Notes: generated from the sequence alone by a model not told the origin. A DNA stretch of 64,000 bases from Octopus sinensis (GCF_006345805.1 NC_043024.1:8990001-9054000), one strand, 5' to 3'. Counted from the first letter of the stretch, positions 35,901 through 47,677 are shown. Made by a program: numbers and translations.

Positions 35901-38254
35901 GTTCTAACTGTCTTTGATAGGTTTCCAATCACCTGTAATTGTTTCTCTAGGGGTAATGTGACACCTATCTGATTACAATCCCATCGACATATATCTGTAG
36001 CTGTCGATGGCAGAGATAATCTAGACACAATCTCTCCTTCGTTAGAAATGTATAACAAGCAATCACTGTTTATGTCAGATACCACCAACTGTCCATTTAC
36101 TAGATGGCATATTTCGACAATCAGAGTTTTTTTGTCATTCTCTTTTTCTTTAAGTCGTATATTCAGATTTCTTATGTAAGGAGTTTTTACGTGTAAACGA
36201 CAGCTAGACTGGTCATAATACTCGTAAAGAAGAACCCTGTTGTGTTCAATGTCCGGCACGTAAACAGTTCCTTGGAAAATAGCAATGTGAGGGTGAACAG
36301 GGAAAGGTAGCTTCCATTGCCATTTAATTTCTCCATGTATATTATAACATATCACAACAGACTCTTTTTTGAAGAAAACATAAAAATAAATATTGTCAGA
36401 TTGGATGTGATGGGGGTAGCCGTAGAATTGAAGGTATTTTTCAAAAAGTTTTTCACTAGAAGCGGAATAAAATACCAGTTTATTTTTCCTTCTGTCTAGG
36501 ACTACAAAATTAATTGGAGTTGCAGCAATGGTGACATTATCATGTTCCAGAGAAATTCTTTCAATGATATCAACTTTGTCTTCCTTAATCAATAGGATAT
36601 GTATCTCCTGTTTATTATCACTGGTAGTCAGAGCTAAACACCTGTTTGATACCATATGACATATTTTAATATAATCAGCGTGAACCTTTATTAAAGGGCC
36701 TTTGTTTAGTTCAGGACATGTGATATACTGAAGTCTTTTCATTTCACGATGAAAGACCAGAAAGCTGTTTGAGTTCAGTCTACAAATTATAGAAGGAGAG
36801 AAATCAAAAGTTAAAATATTTTGGCTAATTTTCCCTCCAATATCAGTGAAAAATATAGCTTTTTTATTCTTGTAGATCATCAGTATAGAAGATGTTGTCA
36901 TAGGTAGAATATTTGTGATATTGTTGCAATCCTCGATATAGATATAGTTGTTCAAACTATGGCTATGTAGCTGATGGTTGTATGACAACCTGGACCAGAA
37001 GTCTTTGTTTGTCTTAATAGTATGAGGAAAACACAAATAATCAATCAAGAAAATGGTATCTTTGCCAACAGAAATATACCGACATCTCCTGCCAATTTCT
37101 CTCGTTGAAACACCACCTGTAGCTGAAATTCTGTAAACAATATGTCCCTGTAGGACATAAAAATGGTTTTGATACACAGCGATGTTGGCTGGAAGGTCCA
37201 GAGAATGGACCTCTACCTCAAATAACTGCTGGCCATTGAGATTGTAACAAATAACTCTGTTAATATTGGTAAAGGATATTAACAGGCTATTCTGTGATCC
37301 TACAGCAATATCTGCAGGTAACTCTTTGGTAATGAATTGTTCGATAATTTCATTATCATCCCAGTCAACAAGGTATATGGTTTTACCAAACATTTCTACA
37401 CCTATAAATGTAGAATGTTGTAAATACGAAACCATATAAAAACCCAAGGGAAGTGTTTTCAGTTTTAAACTAGAGGGATTGATAATAAGAATCATTTGTC
37501 TAAAGGGGAGTGTAGCCAGAACAGACTTTTGACCAATTCTGGTAAAATCAGTAACAGAAGACGGGCAATGAACCTCATTTCTGCCTTTATCTGATGTCGC
37601 ACAACATATTGTCTTACAAAGTTCGGAATATGTTACCACCGCATCTTGTAAGACAATAATTTTCGATATAATATTGCACACGTCTTCCCCTGATTCTTCA
37701 ATCTTTGCTTCTCTGGTTCCAACCGGACAAACAGAACGAAATTTGTCTATCTTCGGTACACCAATGGTCTTGTATTTGTATGGATTGCTATTCACAAATA
37801 TGTCATAAAGTTTCTTTTGAAACAATTCAAGGTCCTGTTCAATAGAAATATTATGATTTTTCATATATTTCAGCAAGATCCTGACTTTCTCTTTGATATT
37901 TTGCAAAATGGAATTGGCACTTAATCCCAAACATTCGAAGTGGTAACTCTCCTTAAATATATCTTGCATAAACGCCTCACAGTAGCGATATTGAGACTCA
38001 AATCTGTGTAGTACAGCTTTTTGCTGTTGTATCACTTCTGTTTCCTTTCTGCTTCCTTTGCCTTTATATGCTTTGAATCTTGTAACAGACCTGCTAGTAC
38101 TATCATGTCCTTCGTCACTTGATCCGGAACCTTCATCTCTCTCATTTCTCCGTTTTTTCTTTTCAACTCTTTCGTCACTTTTTGTTGCTGGATCACGGGA
38201 AACACTTTTCTGAGTAGTAGATGTTCTTGGAGTATTTCCTTTTGGGTCGTCCAT
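32939..38254 (-). CDS. Large single-exon protein (1771 aa) with ~6 tandem NHL/TolB-like beta-propeller units; intact right-arm copy
   Basis: 1771-aa ORF, near-identical to the left copy. Its C-terminus (DDDNEVFQVLGFDISDNSFMVFGIIAGRQSFAFFHYER*) still reads like a propeller blade. Candidate splice acceptor 7 nt upstream of the ATG. No signal peptide, TM helix, RING or B-box seen. Confidence 0.92.
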   Translation of the reverse strand: MDDPKGNTPRTSTTQKSVSRDPATKSDERVEKKKRRNERDEGSGSSDEGHDSTSRSVTRFKAYKGKGSRKETEVIQQQKAVLHRFESQYRYCEAFMQDIFKESYHFECLGLSANSILQNIKEKVRILLKYMKNHNISIEQDLELFQKKLYDIFVNSNPYKYKTIGVPKIDKFRSVCPVGTREAKIEESGEDVCNIISKIIVLQDAVVTYSELCKTICCATSDKGRNEVHCPSSVTDFTRIGQKSVLATLPFRQMILIINPSSLKLKTLPLGFYMVSYLQHSTFIGVEMFGKTIYLVDWDDNEIIEQFITKELPADIAVGSQNSLLISFTNINRVICYNLNGQQLFEVEVHSLDLPANIAVYQNHFYVLQGHIVYRISATGGVSTREIGRRCRYISVGKDTIFLIDYLCFPHTIKTNKDFWSRLSYNHQLHSHSLNNYIYIEDCNNITNILPMTTSSILMIYKNKKAIFFTDIGGKISQNILTFDFSPSIICRLNSNSFLVFHREMKRLQYITCPELNKGPLIKVHADYIKICHMVSNRCLALTTSDNKQEIHILLIKEDKVDIIERISLEHDNVTIAATPINFVVLDRRKNKLVFYSASSEKLFEKYLQFYGYPHHIQSDNIYFYVFFKKESVVICYNIHGEIKWQWKLPFPVHPHIAIFQGTVYVPDIEHNRVLLYEYYDQSSCRLHVKTPYIRNLNIRLKEKENDKKTLIVEICHLVNGQLVVSDINSDCLLYISNEGEIVSRLSLPSTATDICRWDCNQIGVTLPLEKQLQVIGNLSKTVRTISLSHAYVKVCKLGKGHIVCYSDKPSQLDILAIKNYNQVEMIRRINIPFVVKSLEIENETLNLLIVTRNKVFQYNTSIDSVGHSCRNSIKMIPRDFLSGVKHSLNFSGGCIDKMFVYLIGNNRVLAINDHNLVGRDHIMNNQLILYIDLLDVFSRNICVGEMWSSTLYVQDMTVSDKARHVIVPPGFGDEKLVRIDCLVITENNLIAVYDSENRNIKILTFDGQLLDFIKLGVSSEFKSDINMCRWQSNTLIITTKFQLLTLKVEFPLSLTIYQTENVYEFIASLSNNQLACRRRGEAGTLYVIEIDEEFLTVNTIKKLDAGRILLEGHIDSVHDIITDANDVIIVNNKRYFVFFNTDGEHLHSVRHYMDYSSISNTMTTDNCYLYVHGRWERYFGDNKYNNILCFTQTGEYSRRFLNDRIYKDEVNFSSINCKGPRFVGSCSNINKLYVEGLFQVKREIFPVSRLLTDKCPIQVKDIDISDEGKTIVCEKANNGIVKIFDRDGQMLCHKDVRSLVGGVCFTGESDIMVTIPKRQEIFQLKQQDLEKYKVWQSHVPYGVIWRAVANIYWCVHINLIEYHRIKIDGDQLKVLESLSLLNLDSGLHFPFITSQMNKKIFSHELINNLEQSRGDGEGRKGKSNEIVSKGRLKVRCGNYIAESMSGIEEVSVKKLPYRTAMVPLSIPTVEEPVDYHYKYDSNDSKLIKLYDNFSVFMFRDTVTLICTTTGDILQQKQLPQQPSKQPPSLDICRWTGERFIVVCRKRLMVFNRDLYRLKTINTEKYYNRICKYNDNQLVCGGISFSRESYRVYVDVLDIDIDNGTCERKNEMYSEVVKMREWEDVGVWMRMLMRKEVGLGVLDIAVTSSGDVVVVKWKNDSQDVVVLWYREKSLVNSICLPKCTNYLNFKHRPCLTTLGDYVYVTDRLNNIYQIPGDIPHQTSEDIHKYLLLRDDDNEVFQVLGFDISDNSFMVFGIIAGRQSFAFFHYER

Positions 38255-38303
38255 AATGATTCTATAAGGAAATGTAAGGAAAACATTTAGCTCTAAGAGA
38301 ATA

Positions 38304-38868
38304 TTGGGTTGTCCGGAAAGTTCTTGCCGATCTTTAAAGGAAAGAAAAAGGTCAATAAATACTTGACATTACATTTTTAATCAACCAAATGTGAAACATT
38401 GTGTTGCACAATGTGTCTCCATCTTTCCTTAACTTGAAAATACCCTCTTCCCAGAATTCAGGTGGTTTCATGACAAAGAATTCATCAAGGAATCTTTTTA
38501 TGTCATGTAAGGAATTGAAATTTTTACCATTAAGACTATTCTGCAGAGACCTAAATAAGTGGAAATCCGAAGGAGCAATGTCTGGTGAATATGGAGGGTG
38601 GGGTAACACATCCCAGCCGAGCTGCAGCAATTTTTGTCTGGTTCCCAAAGCATCAAGTGCTGAAAATTAACTTTCTTATCTTCCATTTTAAAGGGTTACA
38701 GAATTAACACAGGTTATAGGAACATAAACCTTCTTCCACAAAAAGATAGCTTAAATTGTGCTCTATATGGAGGTATAGGCAAATCCTATTTTACGGACTC
38801 AACCATGTTCTAAAATAAGTTGAAAGGTAAGCTACTATAAATCGGCACGAACTTTCCGGACAACCCAA
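38304..38868 (-). mobile_element. Internally deleted mariner element, mirror copy of 7067-7631
   Basis: Same TIRs, TA flanks and length (565 bp); the ORF-track peptides are identical to those of the left copy. Confidence 0.95.
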
Positions 38869-40622
38869 TATTATAGTTTGAGGGAGGAAATGTTCATTTC
38901 ATTACTTTAAAAACACAAACAATGCATATATTACATGGAAAAATGTGAGCAAAAGAAATAATATTCTTATAAACCTGCAAAAAGATTATAAACCTGCAAA
39001 AGTACAGAACAAGTTATTACATCTGGTAAAATATGGAAGAAGAAAATTTTTACTTAAAATATTACAGCTAAGGATAAAACTTCAAATAATATATTTAGAT
39101 TTAGAAAATATTAGCTTTTATTAAAACTGAAAATAATTCAATTAAAATATTTTTTGCATTTTACAAAAATTCATTTTTCCATTATTATTTAATAATTAAA
39201 TATACCTTTCGTAATACAGTTTATAATAATTTCAGACAATGCAAAATAATTTTCAGAAGCCATTCCACATTAAAATGTTAATGTAGGATAAACATGTAAT
39301 GAGAGAAAAATATACTGTCACCAAATTATTAAATATTCAAGCAATTTTTCTTGTTTATGAAAGGTATTTAAAAATTAGAAATTTGAAAATACGTAATAAA
39401 AATAATTAGTTAGTACAATAATTAATATAATACAAAAATTAGTTATATATTACAGTAAAATCTATCTATAACAACAAAATCACAGTAAAATTTGCTTGAG
39501 TTACTGCCAAAGTTATTGCCAAGTCTTCACATTTTTAGTCTTGACACAATGCCTACTTTTTACATAATGAATTTACCTACCATATATACACTTCTACTTT
39601 GCATAAAACTTTAGCTATATTCATACTTCTGGTTCTCATTTTTAAAAATATTCAAGTGTATCAATATTTTGACAAAGTGATGGTTCCTTTCTTTCTACAA
39701 ATCTATTCTTTCAAATAACTATCACTCTTTCTCCCTCAATTTAAAATTTTAATACAATATTTAAATCTAATCTATGAAGATATATAAAAAATATAGTCTT
39801 TTAAAACTTAATAGGCTGTTAAATTCTTCTACTACAATTTATGAATTGAAATGTTAAAACATTAAAATTATTTATATATACAGTAAATTATTTGAAAGTT
39901 GACATTTTGTTTAAAATATACTAAAATTATATGTTCTGTTCTCTTTTACTCTTTACTCTCTTTTACTTGTTTCAGTCATTTGACTGTGGCCATGCTGGAG
40001 CACTGCCTTTAGTCGAGCAAATCGACCCCGGGACTTATTCTTTGGATGCCTAGTACTTATTCTAATGGTCTCTTTTGCCGAACCGCTAAGTAACAGGGAT
40101 ATAAATACACCAGCATCAGTTGTCAAGCAATGTTGGGAGAACAAACGCAGGCACACAAACACACACACACACATATATATATATACATGCATATATACGA
40201 CGGGCTTGTTTCGGTTTCCGTCTACCAAATCCACTCACAAGGCTTTGGTCTGCCCGAGGCTATAGTAGAAGACACTTGCCCAAGGTGCCACGCAGTGGGA
40301 CTGAACCCAGGACCATGTGGTTGGTAAGCAAGCTACTTACCACACAGCCACTCCTGCGCCTGTTGTTGACAATCAGTAAAAAATGAGGAGAGGAAAAGTG
40401 TCATGGAGCAGCAGCAATCGTTCATGGGCCAGTGCTTCAGGTGCCAGGGACCACACAACAAGGGACTGCATGGAGACAAAGCCTGAACCCATTTGCTACT
40501 GTTGCAGGCAGGCAGGGTATATTGCTCAAAAGTGACACCAGGGAAAAGGCCATGGGGAAGTTGCTGCCCCTCAAACATACCCTGTGAGCAAGTAGAGGCT
40601 TTAATGTAGTCATTGCCCATAG

Positions 40623-41780
40623 CTGAAAAGGTGGCAAGCTGGCAGAATCGTTCGCACGGCGGGTGAAATGCGTTGCCGTATTTCGTCTGTCGTTACGTTC
40701 TGAGTTCAAATTCCGCCAAGGTCGACTTTGCCTTTCATCCTTTCGGGGTCGATAAATAAAGTACCAGTTTCCAACTGGGGTCGATGTATTCGACTTAATC
40801 CCTTTGTCCGTTCTTGTTTGTCCCTTCTATGCTTAGCCCTTTGTGGGCAGTAAAGAAATAGGTATTTTGTCTGCCGTTATGTTCAGAGTTCAAATTCCGC
40901 CGAGGTCGACTTTGCCTTTCATCCTCTCGGGGTCGATTAAATAAAGTACCAGTTTCCAACTGGGGTCGATATAATCGACTTAATCCCTTTGTCTGTTCTT
41001 GTTTGTCCCTTCTATGTTTAGCCCCTTGTGGGCAGTAAAGAAATAGGTATTTTGTCTGCCGTTATGTTCAGAGTTCAAATTCCACCGAGGTAGACTTTGC
41101 CTTTCATCCTCTCGGGGTCGATTAAATAAAGTACCAGTTTCCAACTGGGGTCGATATGATCGACTTAATTCCTTTGTCTGTTCTTGTTTGTCCCTTCTAT
41201 GTTTAGCCCCTTGTGGGCAGTAAAGAAATAGGTATTTTGTCTGTCGTTACGTTCTGAGTTCAAATTCCGCTGAGGCCAACTTTGCCTTTCATCCTTTCGG
41301 GGTTGATTAAATAAAGTACCAGTTTCCAACTGGGGTCGATGTAATCGACTTAATTCCTTTGTCTGTTCTTGTTTGTCCTTTCTATGCTTAGCCCCTTGTG
41401 GGCAGTAAAGAAATAGGTATTTTGTCTGCCGTTATGTTCAGAGTTCAAATTCTGCCGAGGTCGACTTTGCCTTTCATCCTTTCGGGGTTGATTAAATAAA
41501 GTACCAGTTTCCAACTGGGGTCGATATAATCGACTTAATCCCTTTGTCTGTTCTTGTTTGTCCCTTCTATGTTTAGCCCCTTGTGGGCAGTAAAGAAATA
41601 GGTATTTTGTCTGCCGTTATGTTCAGAGTTCAAATTCCGCCTAGGTCGACTTTGCCTTTCATCCTTTCGGGGTCGATAAATTAAGTACCAGTTATGCACT
41701 GGGTTCGATGTAATCGACTTAATCCCTTTGTTCTTGTTTGTACCTTCTATGTTTAGCTCCTTGTGGGCAGTAAAGAAATA
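40623..41780 (+). mobile_element. tRNA-derived SINE (family 2) with its 3' ~185 bp tandemly repeated 6 times
   Basis: Head GGTGGCAAGCTGGCAGAATCG, B-box-like GAGTTCAAATTCC. Unit anchors at 40861, 41046, 41231, 41416 and 41601. 12-bp TSD CATTGCCCATAG at 40611-40622 and 41781-41792. Confidence 0.85.
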
Positions 41781-41984
41781 CATTGCCCATAGTTAAATTC
41801 CTGGTTGGAGGAAAGGTGTTCAAAGCCCTCATGGATATGGGCTGTACAATGTCTCGCGTGAACCCAAGAGTAACAAAATAACGGAAGGGGATGAGTAGTG
41901 TCCCGGCAATCGAAGCAGTGAAATTGGATGTAAGAGAAGCAGCAAATTAGAAATAGCAGTTCAGAGCACAACATCATCGTCATT

Positions 41985-42826
41985 GTTCGACCGTGGTTAA
42001 GACAATGGAATTTACTATGTTACGCCAGACTTCACGGTCCATCATAGCATTACGGAGGTCCTGTTGCTGGATGCCTGTATCCCTGGAGATTACATCAGGG
42101 TAGGAGAGTGTGCGCCCTCTGGTATCGCGAGCAGATGGCTTCCAGAGGAGAAGAGTAGAAATTACCTTGTTTTCAGCTCTACAACAATGTCCAGCAAACT
42201 GAACACTTCTACATTTCACAAGAGATGATACAGGTGGTAGTTTCCCATTTATTTGTACTTTGGTTGGATGACGCCTCCACGAGAGATTTAGTGCTCTCAT
42301 AAGGAGGCGAGTGTAAGTTCCATCCAACTGCCTCTCGAGCTTCTTTGATAACGTCCAGGTTTCTGAGCCATATAGTAGAATTGGTTCGACTGTGTATATA
42401 TATATATACGATCATCATCATTGTTCGCCTGTGGTCGAGACAATGGAATTTACTATGTTACGCCAGACTTCACGGTCCATCATAGCATTACGGAGGTCCT
42501 GTTGCTGGATGCCTGTATCCCTGGAGATTACATCGGGTAGGAGAGTGTGTGCCCTCTGGTTTCGTGAGTAGATTGCTTCCATAGGAGAAGAGTAGAAATT
42601 ACCTCTTTTTCAGCTCTACAACAATGTCCAGCAAACTGAACACTTCTACATTTCACAAGAGATGATACAGGTGGTAGTTTCCCATTTATTTGTACTTTGG
42701 TTGGATGACGCCTCCACGAGAGATTTTGAGCTCTCATAAGGAGGCGAGTGTAGGTTCCATCCAACCGCCTCTCGAGCTTCTTTGATAACGTCCAGGCTTC
42801 TGAACCATATAGTACAATTGGTTCGA

Positions 42827-42863
<37 letters not shown>

Positions 42864-43210
42864 CATCATCATTGTTCGCCCGTGGTTGAGACAATGGAAT
42901 TTACTATGCTACGCCAGACTTCACGGTCCATCATAGCATTACAGAGGTCCTGTTGCTGGATGCCTGTATCCCTGGAGATTACATAGGGGTAGGAGAGTGT
43001 GCCCTCTCTGGTATCGTGAGCAGATGGCTTCAAGAGGAAAAGTGTAGAAATTGCCTCGTTTTCAGCTCTACAACAATGTCCAGCAAACTGGACTCTCCTA
43101 CCTTTTACAAGAGATGATACAGGTGTAGTTTCCCATATATTTGCATTTTGGTTGGGTGACACTTCCACGAGAGATTTTGAGCTCTCGTAAGGAGGCGAGT
43201 GTAGGCTGCG
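41985..43210 (-). mobile_element. Three tandem 3' fragments of a second RTE-like LINE
   Basis: Each reads ...LYGSEAWTLSKKLERRLDGTYTRLLMRAQNLSW...MMDREVWRNIVNSIV..TVEQ* with a (TGA)n tail; copies at ~41985-42400, 42412-42830 and 42860-43210. Confidence 0.85.
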
Positions 43211-44117
43211 GGTAATTGTGATCGACCATGTGGTAGAATGAACTGATGTGATGATAGGCATGGACGTAATCAACCACCTAGGAGGTGTCAGTGTTTGTGG
43301 AGACATGGTTTCATTTGGTGTTACAGGGGCATTATGCGCGATGTGTCTGCAACAGGAGAAAGGAAAGCACCATGGGGCAGAAAGGGCTGCTTACACCATT
43401 GAAGATAAAGATTTTCAGGCAGTGTTCGACGATCAGTGGTAGACTGTTGAGTGGTGCTGGAAAGGGGAGCCCTCAATGCTGAGAAACAGGCTAAGCTTTT
43501 GTCATCATACCTTGGAAGGAGATGCCAGGAGTGTGTTTGAAGGAGAAGTAGAGAGATGGATCAAGGAGGATATCCTTATCCTGTGGAAGGAAGAAGTGAA
43601 GAGCAGATTGCTCCGACTGATGGTAATGGTACAGCCAACAAAGGGCAAGGCCAGGACTGTACTGGACCTTCGAGAGATCAATGGTCATGTGTCGTGCCAC
43701 ACGGGCGGCGGTGTAGGTTAGGTAGGTGTATATTAAGAAAATGGACATTCAAATGCAAAACGCGAGCAGAACAACTAAATAGATACTCTCTTGCAGTCAA
43801 AAACTAAAAACGTTGTTGGTTAATTTAGAAAACTTTAGACTGTTTCATTTGGTATTATGAGAAAAATACAAAAACTAAGCAGACTCCAGCTCGTGCCGAG
43901 AGATTTAGAAAGTAAATTTTATAAAGCGGTATAAATTCAACAGCTTGAAATGCTAAAATGTTACTCACAAAATAATGTATATATACAAATACACATACCA
44001 AATAGCTATGAGGAATTGATATACAGATAGCTCTGATGAATGCTTAATGATGTAAATGTGTTAGAAAATTGTAAGTTGATTAAAAAAAAATAAAACCTGA
44101 TAATATTTTTTAAAAAT

Positions 44118-44620
44118 ATACCCTCCATCAGGCATTTGTCATATTCTGAACGCCTTACTTCCCTGGGCATGATACATTGAAACTCCGACGTCTGGCAGCT
44201 GACTTGGCAGACACCCATAAAATTATCAACCATCTTACAAACAATAACTCTGAGCACCTTTTCAAACTCCACCCGTCTAACACCCGTGGACATATTTACA
44301 AAGTCAGAAAACAGCACAGCTCCCATGACTTTAGGAAACATTTTTTCACGCTAAGAGTTGCTGAAGCATGGAACAAACTGTCGGCATTAGTTGTTAGTTG
44401 TCGGAGCACTGCATCCTTCAAAACTTCCATGCTTCCTGAGATTCGCCAACACTACACCTGATTTTCTCCCCTCCATACACACACAAGCATGTATCTGACT
44501 TATACACTGTTCGCTTCCCAGACATTTGTACATTACTGCATATGCTTTATACGCACTTTCTGACAAGTTGTGGTGCACCCGAGCACTGTATACAATAATT
44601 TCATTATTTTAAATGGTAAC
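44118..44620 (+). mobile_element. CR1/L2-type LINE 3' fragment, mirror copy with a single terminal unit
   Basis: ORF 44177-44461 is nearly identical to 1089-1373. Confidence 0.85.
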
Positions 44621-45207
44621 TAAAATTACAGGAGGAATCTTAAAAATTATCAAGTAAAATTGAAAACTATAGATTTCAATAAAGTTTTAAAGGAAGAAAA
44701 AATATAATATTTACCAGATTGGATTTCAATTTCAGCCTGAAGTCTTTGTCTAAGGAAAGTCTTGCGCGGTCAATGTGTTGAAGCAACTGCAACGGAATTC
44801 TGCTGAATTTGGTCTATTTATAGGGTGGCAGTCAGAGATGTTTACACTTGCAGTTATTATATTTTGAGATAAGAATCTGTTGTGTGTATGGGGGAGTCTG
44901 TTTGCGTATGCAAGCTTTGCACTTAATCTGTTATGCACTTAGTCACATATACATACATACACATATATATAAATATATATATATATAAACATATTTATTT
45001 TAAATATATATATATATATATATATAGGCATAGGAGTGGCTGTGTGGTAAGTAGCTTGCTAACGAACCACATGGTTCCGGGTTCAGTCCCACTGCGTGGC
45101 ACCTTGGGCAAGTGTCTTCTACTATAGCCTTGGGCTGACCAAAGCCTTGTGAGTGGATTTGGTAGACGGAAACTGAAAGAAGCCTGTCGTATATATGTAT
45201 ATCTCTC

Positions 45208-46153
45208 TCTATATAAAAGGCAGGTTGTCTGTCTTTGTGTCTGTCAGGTTGTACCCTCACCCTGACCACGGCTTTCAACCGATTCTGTTGAAACTTCACA
45301 CACACATAGCCCAATGTCATAATTCAAAACTAACGCAGCGAATATTTTGAAATTTCCCCCAGTTCTGAAAAAAATCAATAAATTTGACATGGGGTCGAGA
45401 ATCTAAGCTTTTCATATGCAACACATTTTCTGTTGTAGTTTTCGCAACTTGCAATCGATTTTATCCAAACTCATGGTGAAGCTTAATGTTACCCTAAGAA
45501 ATTTAATTCTGATGTTAGTTTTCTATGCAATACCTTACCATCAGAAAAAATCGATAAAATCATGCCATTTTGGGAAATCGCGTTCAAATTCAAGATGACA
45601 TATTTTCGACAATATCTTTAACAAATTGGCAGGAATTTTTTTTTAAATTCACAGCAAGCATCATGTCTGCTCCAAGGAGCTATATGGCCCTTTTTATTCC
45701 AATAGGATACTTTATTACTGGAAAAAATCGGTTAATTAAATCATATGTGGCACACATAGCAAACCGATTTGTGTATTAAACACAAACCACAGACTGTGTA
45801 GGGGACGCAACTCGACCTTCTTTAACTCTCTTACTTCCCCAAATAACTTTCAAACAGCTATCGATAATTCAACCCACAGGAGGAAATCTAGACTTAATCT
45901 TCAAGGTATCCCACATACAAACCAAAAATTACATTGAAACCTCCAGACTAACCTAAGTTTTGGTGAACCAATTCCTACCAGGAAGAAATTACATTCGAGA
46001 CTTTACCCCCAACTTTACTGCCACTTCAAGCGGTGAATGAGACAAAACATATCCAGACAACATAACCTTGGCTTACTTCTGCTAATCGCTGCTAAAGCCG
46101 CCAGTTGTTGCCTACTAGGGGCTCTTACATACCCGGGCAACGCCGGGCTATGC

Positions 46154-46184
<31 letters not shown>

Positions 46185-46539
46185 GGCAGTTTGTCTGTGT
46201 GTGTTTCTGTGTGTCTGTTTGCTTATACCCTCACCCTGACCACGGCTTTCAACCGATTCTGATGAAACTTGACACACACATAGCTCAATGTCATAATTCA
46301 AAACTAACGCAGCGAAAATTTTGAAAAGTTCCCCCAGTTCTGAAAAAAATCGATAAATTCGACATGGGGTCAAGAATTAGAAACACAAACTACAGACTGT
46401 CTAGGGGACGCAACTCGACCTTTTTAACTAAAAAAAATATCTACCATCATTTTTTTCCCATTTTTTGGCTATAACTCTCTAAAAATGCTTTATAGTTATT
46501 TCCCTTACAAACCCGAGCAACGCCGGGCAATACTGCTAG
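45208..46539 (+). mobile_element. Two head-to-tail Helitron-like elements (~45208-46157 and ~46172-46539) nested in the TA tract of a SINE
   Basis: Shared 5' ends (TATATAAA.GGCAG.TTGTCTGT...CACCCTGACCACGGCTTTCAACCG). 3' ends carry the hairpin CCCGGGCAACGCCGGG plus GCTA(G). The host SINE resumes at ~46550. Confidence 0.75.
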
Positions 46540-47301
46540 TATATATATATATGCGTGTGTGTGTCTGTGTTTGTCCCCCTAGCATTGCTGGACAACCGAT
46601 GCTGGTGTGTTTATGTCCCCGTTATTTAGCGGTTCGGCAAAAGTGTCCGATAGAATAAGTACTGGGCTTACAAAGGAATAAGTCTATTACATCGACCTCT
46701 GTGTGTAACTGGTACTTAATTTATTGACCCTGAATGGATGAAAGGCAAAGTCGACCCTGGCGGAATTTGAACTCAGAATGTAACGGCAGACAAAATACCT
46801 ATTTCTTTATTGTCCACAAGGGGCTAAACACAGAGTGGACAAACAAGGACAGACAAATGGATTGAGTCGGTAAGGACAGACAAATGGATTGAGTGCGTAA
46901 CTGGTACTTAATTTATCGACCCCGAAAGGATGAAAGGCAAAGTCGACCTCGGCGGAATTTGAACTCAGAACGTAACGGCAGACAACATACTGCTGAGCAT
47001 TTCACAGGCATACAAGCGCTTCTGCCAGCTTGCCACATTACAGAGCCCGTGTCTGGTGACTTTTGTGTAGCCCTTGTATGTAAACATGGAAACTCAGAGA
47101 GAGGAAACAGTGCAATTTTCACATCATGAATGTTTACGTATGATTTTGGGTTAAGCATAAACATCCGTATATATAAAACTAAACTATCATTTTCAGTCAT
47201 AATTAACTAACTAACTAACATCTACATCTGGCTATAAACACATGTATTTTGTTTATCAAATTGGATCTGTCGTATTGAATTTATCTGCATAATTGTTCCC
47301 A

Positions 47302-47332
<31 letters not shown>

Positions 47333-47644
47333 ATGTAAGAATGTATGTATGTAAGAATGTATGTATGTAAGAATGTATGTATGTATGTATGTATGTATGC
47401 ATGCATTAATGTATGTATGTATGTATATATGTATGTATATATGTATGCATGTATGTATGTAGAATGTATGTATGTAAGAATGTATGTATGTATGTATGTA
47501 TGTATGCATGCATTAATGTATGTATGTATGTATATATGTATGTATATATGTATGCATGTATGTATGTAAGAATGTATGTATGTATGTATGTATGTATGTG
47601 TGTGTATGTATGTGTGTGTGTATGTATGTATGTATGTATGTATG

Positions 47645-47677
<33 letters not shown>

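Larger units (their letters stand above)
40380..43750 (+). mobile_element. Fragmented Ty3/Gypsy gag-pol remnant (zinc knuckles, protease, RT start) split by younger insertions; mirror pieces at 1800-2340, 4710-4890 and 5333-5580 on -
   Basis: 40410-40550 reads CFRCQGPH..C and CYCCRQAGxIAQK (paired CCHC-like knuckles). 41781-41850 reads LPIVKFLVGGKVFKALMDMGCT (degenerate DTG protease site). 43210-43750 contains GMDVINHLGGV and QPTKGKARTVLDLREINGHV (protease end and RT start). Multiple stops and frameshifts. Confidence 0.75.

Noticed and set aside
40623-41780. CRISPR-like array (also the 302-bp array at 60708-63426)
   Set aside because: Units are 185 or 302 bp and repeated in full with no unique spacers; they derive from a SINE and a LINE, and there are no cas genes.
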